Assembly: GCF_018350175.1 (NCBI RefSeq)
Contig: NC_058368.1
Coordinates: 92,196,001-92,260,000, forward strand
Direction of reading: 5' to 3'
DNA from: Felis catus
Lineage: Eukaryota
DNA: 64,000 nucleotides
The position numbers were made by a program, and so were the translations under genes. How positions within the stretch are numbered: the first letter of the stretch is position 1; the number at the start of each line of letters is the position of its first letter. A model generated the notes under the pieces. That model ran no database searches and had not been told where the DNA came from. It was given only the letters and a program-made list of their open reading frames with translations. Of this stretch, positions 62,320 to 64,000 are shown one piece after another.

Positions 62320-62740
62320 GGGGGCCTCTGGGTGGCTCAGTTGGTTAAGCATCTTACTTTGGCTCAGGTCATGATCTCGTGATTTGGTGAGTTCGAGCCC
62401 CACATCAGGCTCGCTGCTCTCAGCCTGTCAGTGCAGAGGCCCCCTTCAGATCCTCTGTCCTCCTCTCTCTGCCCCTCCCTTACTTGTGCTCTCTCACTCT
62501 CTCTCTCTCAAAAATAAATAAACATAGGGGCGCCTGGATGGCGCAGGTGGTTAAGCATACGACTTCAGCTGAGGTCTTGCGGTCCGTGAGTTCGAACCCC
62601 GTATCAGGCTCTGTGCTGACAGCTCAGAGCCTGGAGCCTGCTTCAGATTCTGCATCTCCCTCTCTCTCTGCCCCTACCCTACTCACACTCTGTCTCTGTC
62701 TCTCTCTCTCAAAAATAAACATTAAAAAAAAAAAACATTA
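62320..62740 (+). mobile_element. Two tandem sense Can-SINEs
   Basis: Heads at about 62320 and 62527 with A-rich tails. Confidence 0.9.
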
Positions 62741-62749
62741 AAAACAATT

Positions 62750-64000
62750 CATGAAAGAACTAGCTCTTCGTTTCAGTGAGCTTTTCTATTGTGTTTTAGT
62801 CTCTTATTTCATTTATTTTTGCTCTGATCTGCATCATTTCTTTCTTTCCACTAACTTTGGGCTTTGTTCTTTTTCTAGTTCCTTTAGGTACAAGGTTAGA
62901 TTGAGATGTTTGCTGCTTCTTGACTTAGGCGCCTATATTTCTGTAAACTTGCCTCTTTGAACTGCTTTTGCTGCATCCTGTAGATTTTAGAGCATTGTGT
63001 TTCTGTTTTCATTTGTCTTCAGGTATTTTTTTTTCCTTTCTTTTTTGATTTCTTCATTGGCCCATTGTTTGTTTGGCAGCCTTTTGCTTAGGCTTTATGT
63101 GTTTGTGTTTTTTCCAGTTTATTCTTATAATTGATTTCTCGTTTTGTACCATTGTGGTCAGAAAGGACGTTTGATATGATATAAGTGTTCCTAAAAATAT
63201 TGAAACTTGGTTTGTGGCCTAACATGCGACCTATCCTGGAAAATGTTTCATGTACACTTGAAAAGAATGTGTGTTCTGCTGTGTTTGGATGGAATATTCT
63301 GAATATATCTGTTAAGTCCACCTAGTCTAATGTGTTGAGACCAGTGTTTCCTTATTGGTTTTCTGCCTGGATGATTTGCTATTGCTGGAAGTAGATGCTG
63401 TGTTCCGCTACCATTATCGTGTGTGACTGTTAATTTCTCCTTTTACATCTTGTAATACTTGCTTTCTATGTTTCGATGCTTTTGTGTTGGTTGCTTAGAT
63501 ATTTACAATTGTTATATTCTCTTATTTGATTAATCCCTTTATAAGGCTCTTCTTTGTCTCTTCTTGAAGTCTTTGTCTTGAAGTCTGTTTTGCTTGACAC
63601 AATTATTGGTACTCTAGCTTTCTTTTCAGTTTCTATTTGCATGGAATATCTTTTTCCATCCCTTCACTTTGAGGCCTTCTCTTTCTTTAGGTCTGAAGTG
63701 AGTCACTTACAGGCAGCATATTAGATGGATCTTGTTTTTTATCCATTCGGCCACCCTCTGTCTTTGGAGCATTTAGTCCTTTTACATTTAAAGTAATTAT
63801 TGATAGGTATGTTAGTTGTTAATCATTTTCTGGTTGTTTTTGTAGTTCTTCTCTGTTCCTTTCATCTTTTATTCCCTTCCCTTGTGATTTGATGACTTTC
63901 TTTAGTGTTATATTTGGATTCCGTTCTGTTTATTTTTTATGTATCTATTATAGGTTTTTTGTTGTGTCTACCATGAGGTTCATCTATAACAACCTGTGTA
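62750..64000 (-). mobile_element. L1 fragment (ORF2 endonuclease region), degenerate
   Basis: ORF 63088-63321(-) MDLTDIFRIFHPNTAEHTFFSSVHETFSRIGRMLGHK is L1 endonuclease-like. Confidence 0.88.

Noticed and set aside
2491..62740. tRNA-like A/B boxes
   Set aside because: They are tRNA-derived Can-SINE heads followed by CT tract and A tail; no tRNA cloverleaf genes seen.
3967..62741. Dozens of 60-130-aa ORFs such as MAQSVK..TSAQVMIS..SVLTAQSLEP and poly-RE/LS ORFs
   Set aside because: Translations of Can-SINE bodies and their (CT)n tracts, not genes.
1..64000. CRISPR arrays or prokaryotic defence/operon systems
   Set aside because: Mammalian intron-exon DNA; repeats are SINEs, LINEs and microsatellites with no repeat-spacer periodicity.

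Overview
Eukaryotic genomic DNA from a carnivore, most likely a felid: it carries abundant Can-SINE/SINEC_Fc elements and a young feline-type L1. Most of the window (15966-61812, + strand) is the first 23 coding exons of YTHDC2, an m6A-reader DExH RNA helicase. All exons have GT-AG boundaries, their phases chain into one open frame of 3238 nt (1079 codons), and the gene continues past the window. The first 3.8 kb holds two convergent, intron-containing TMED9-like (p24-alpha) sequences. On + are intact but diverged exons 4-5. On - is a disabled copy of exons 1-3 whose exon 2 is unexpectedly pristine. The 3.9-15.5 kb interval is almost entirely nested transposable elements and may mark a synteny breakpoint relative to human. 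Comparisons with human proteins and repeat consensuses are from memory and need confirming by alignment. Repeat boundaries are approximate unless a target-site duplication (TSD) is given.
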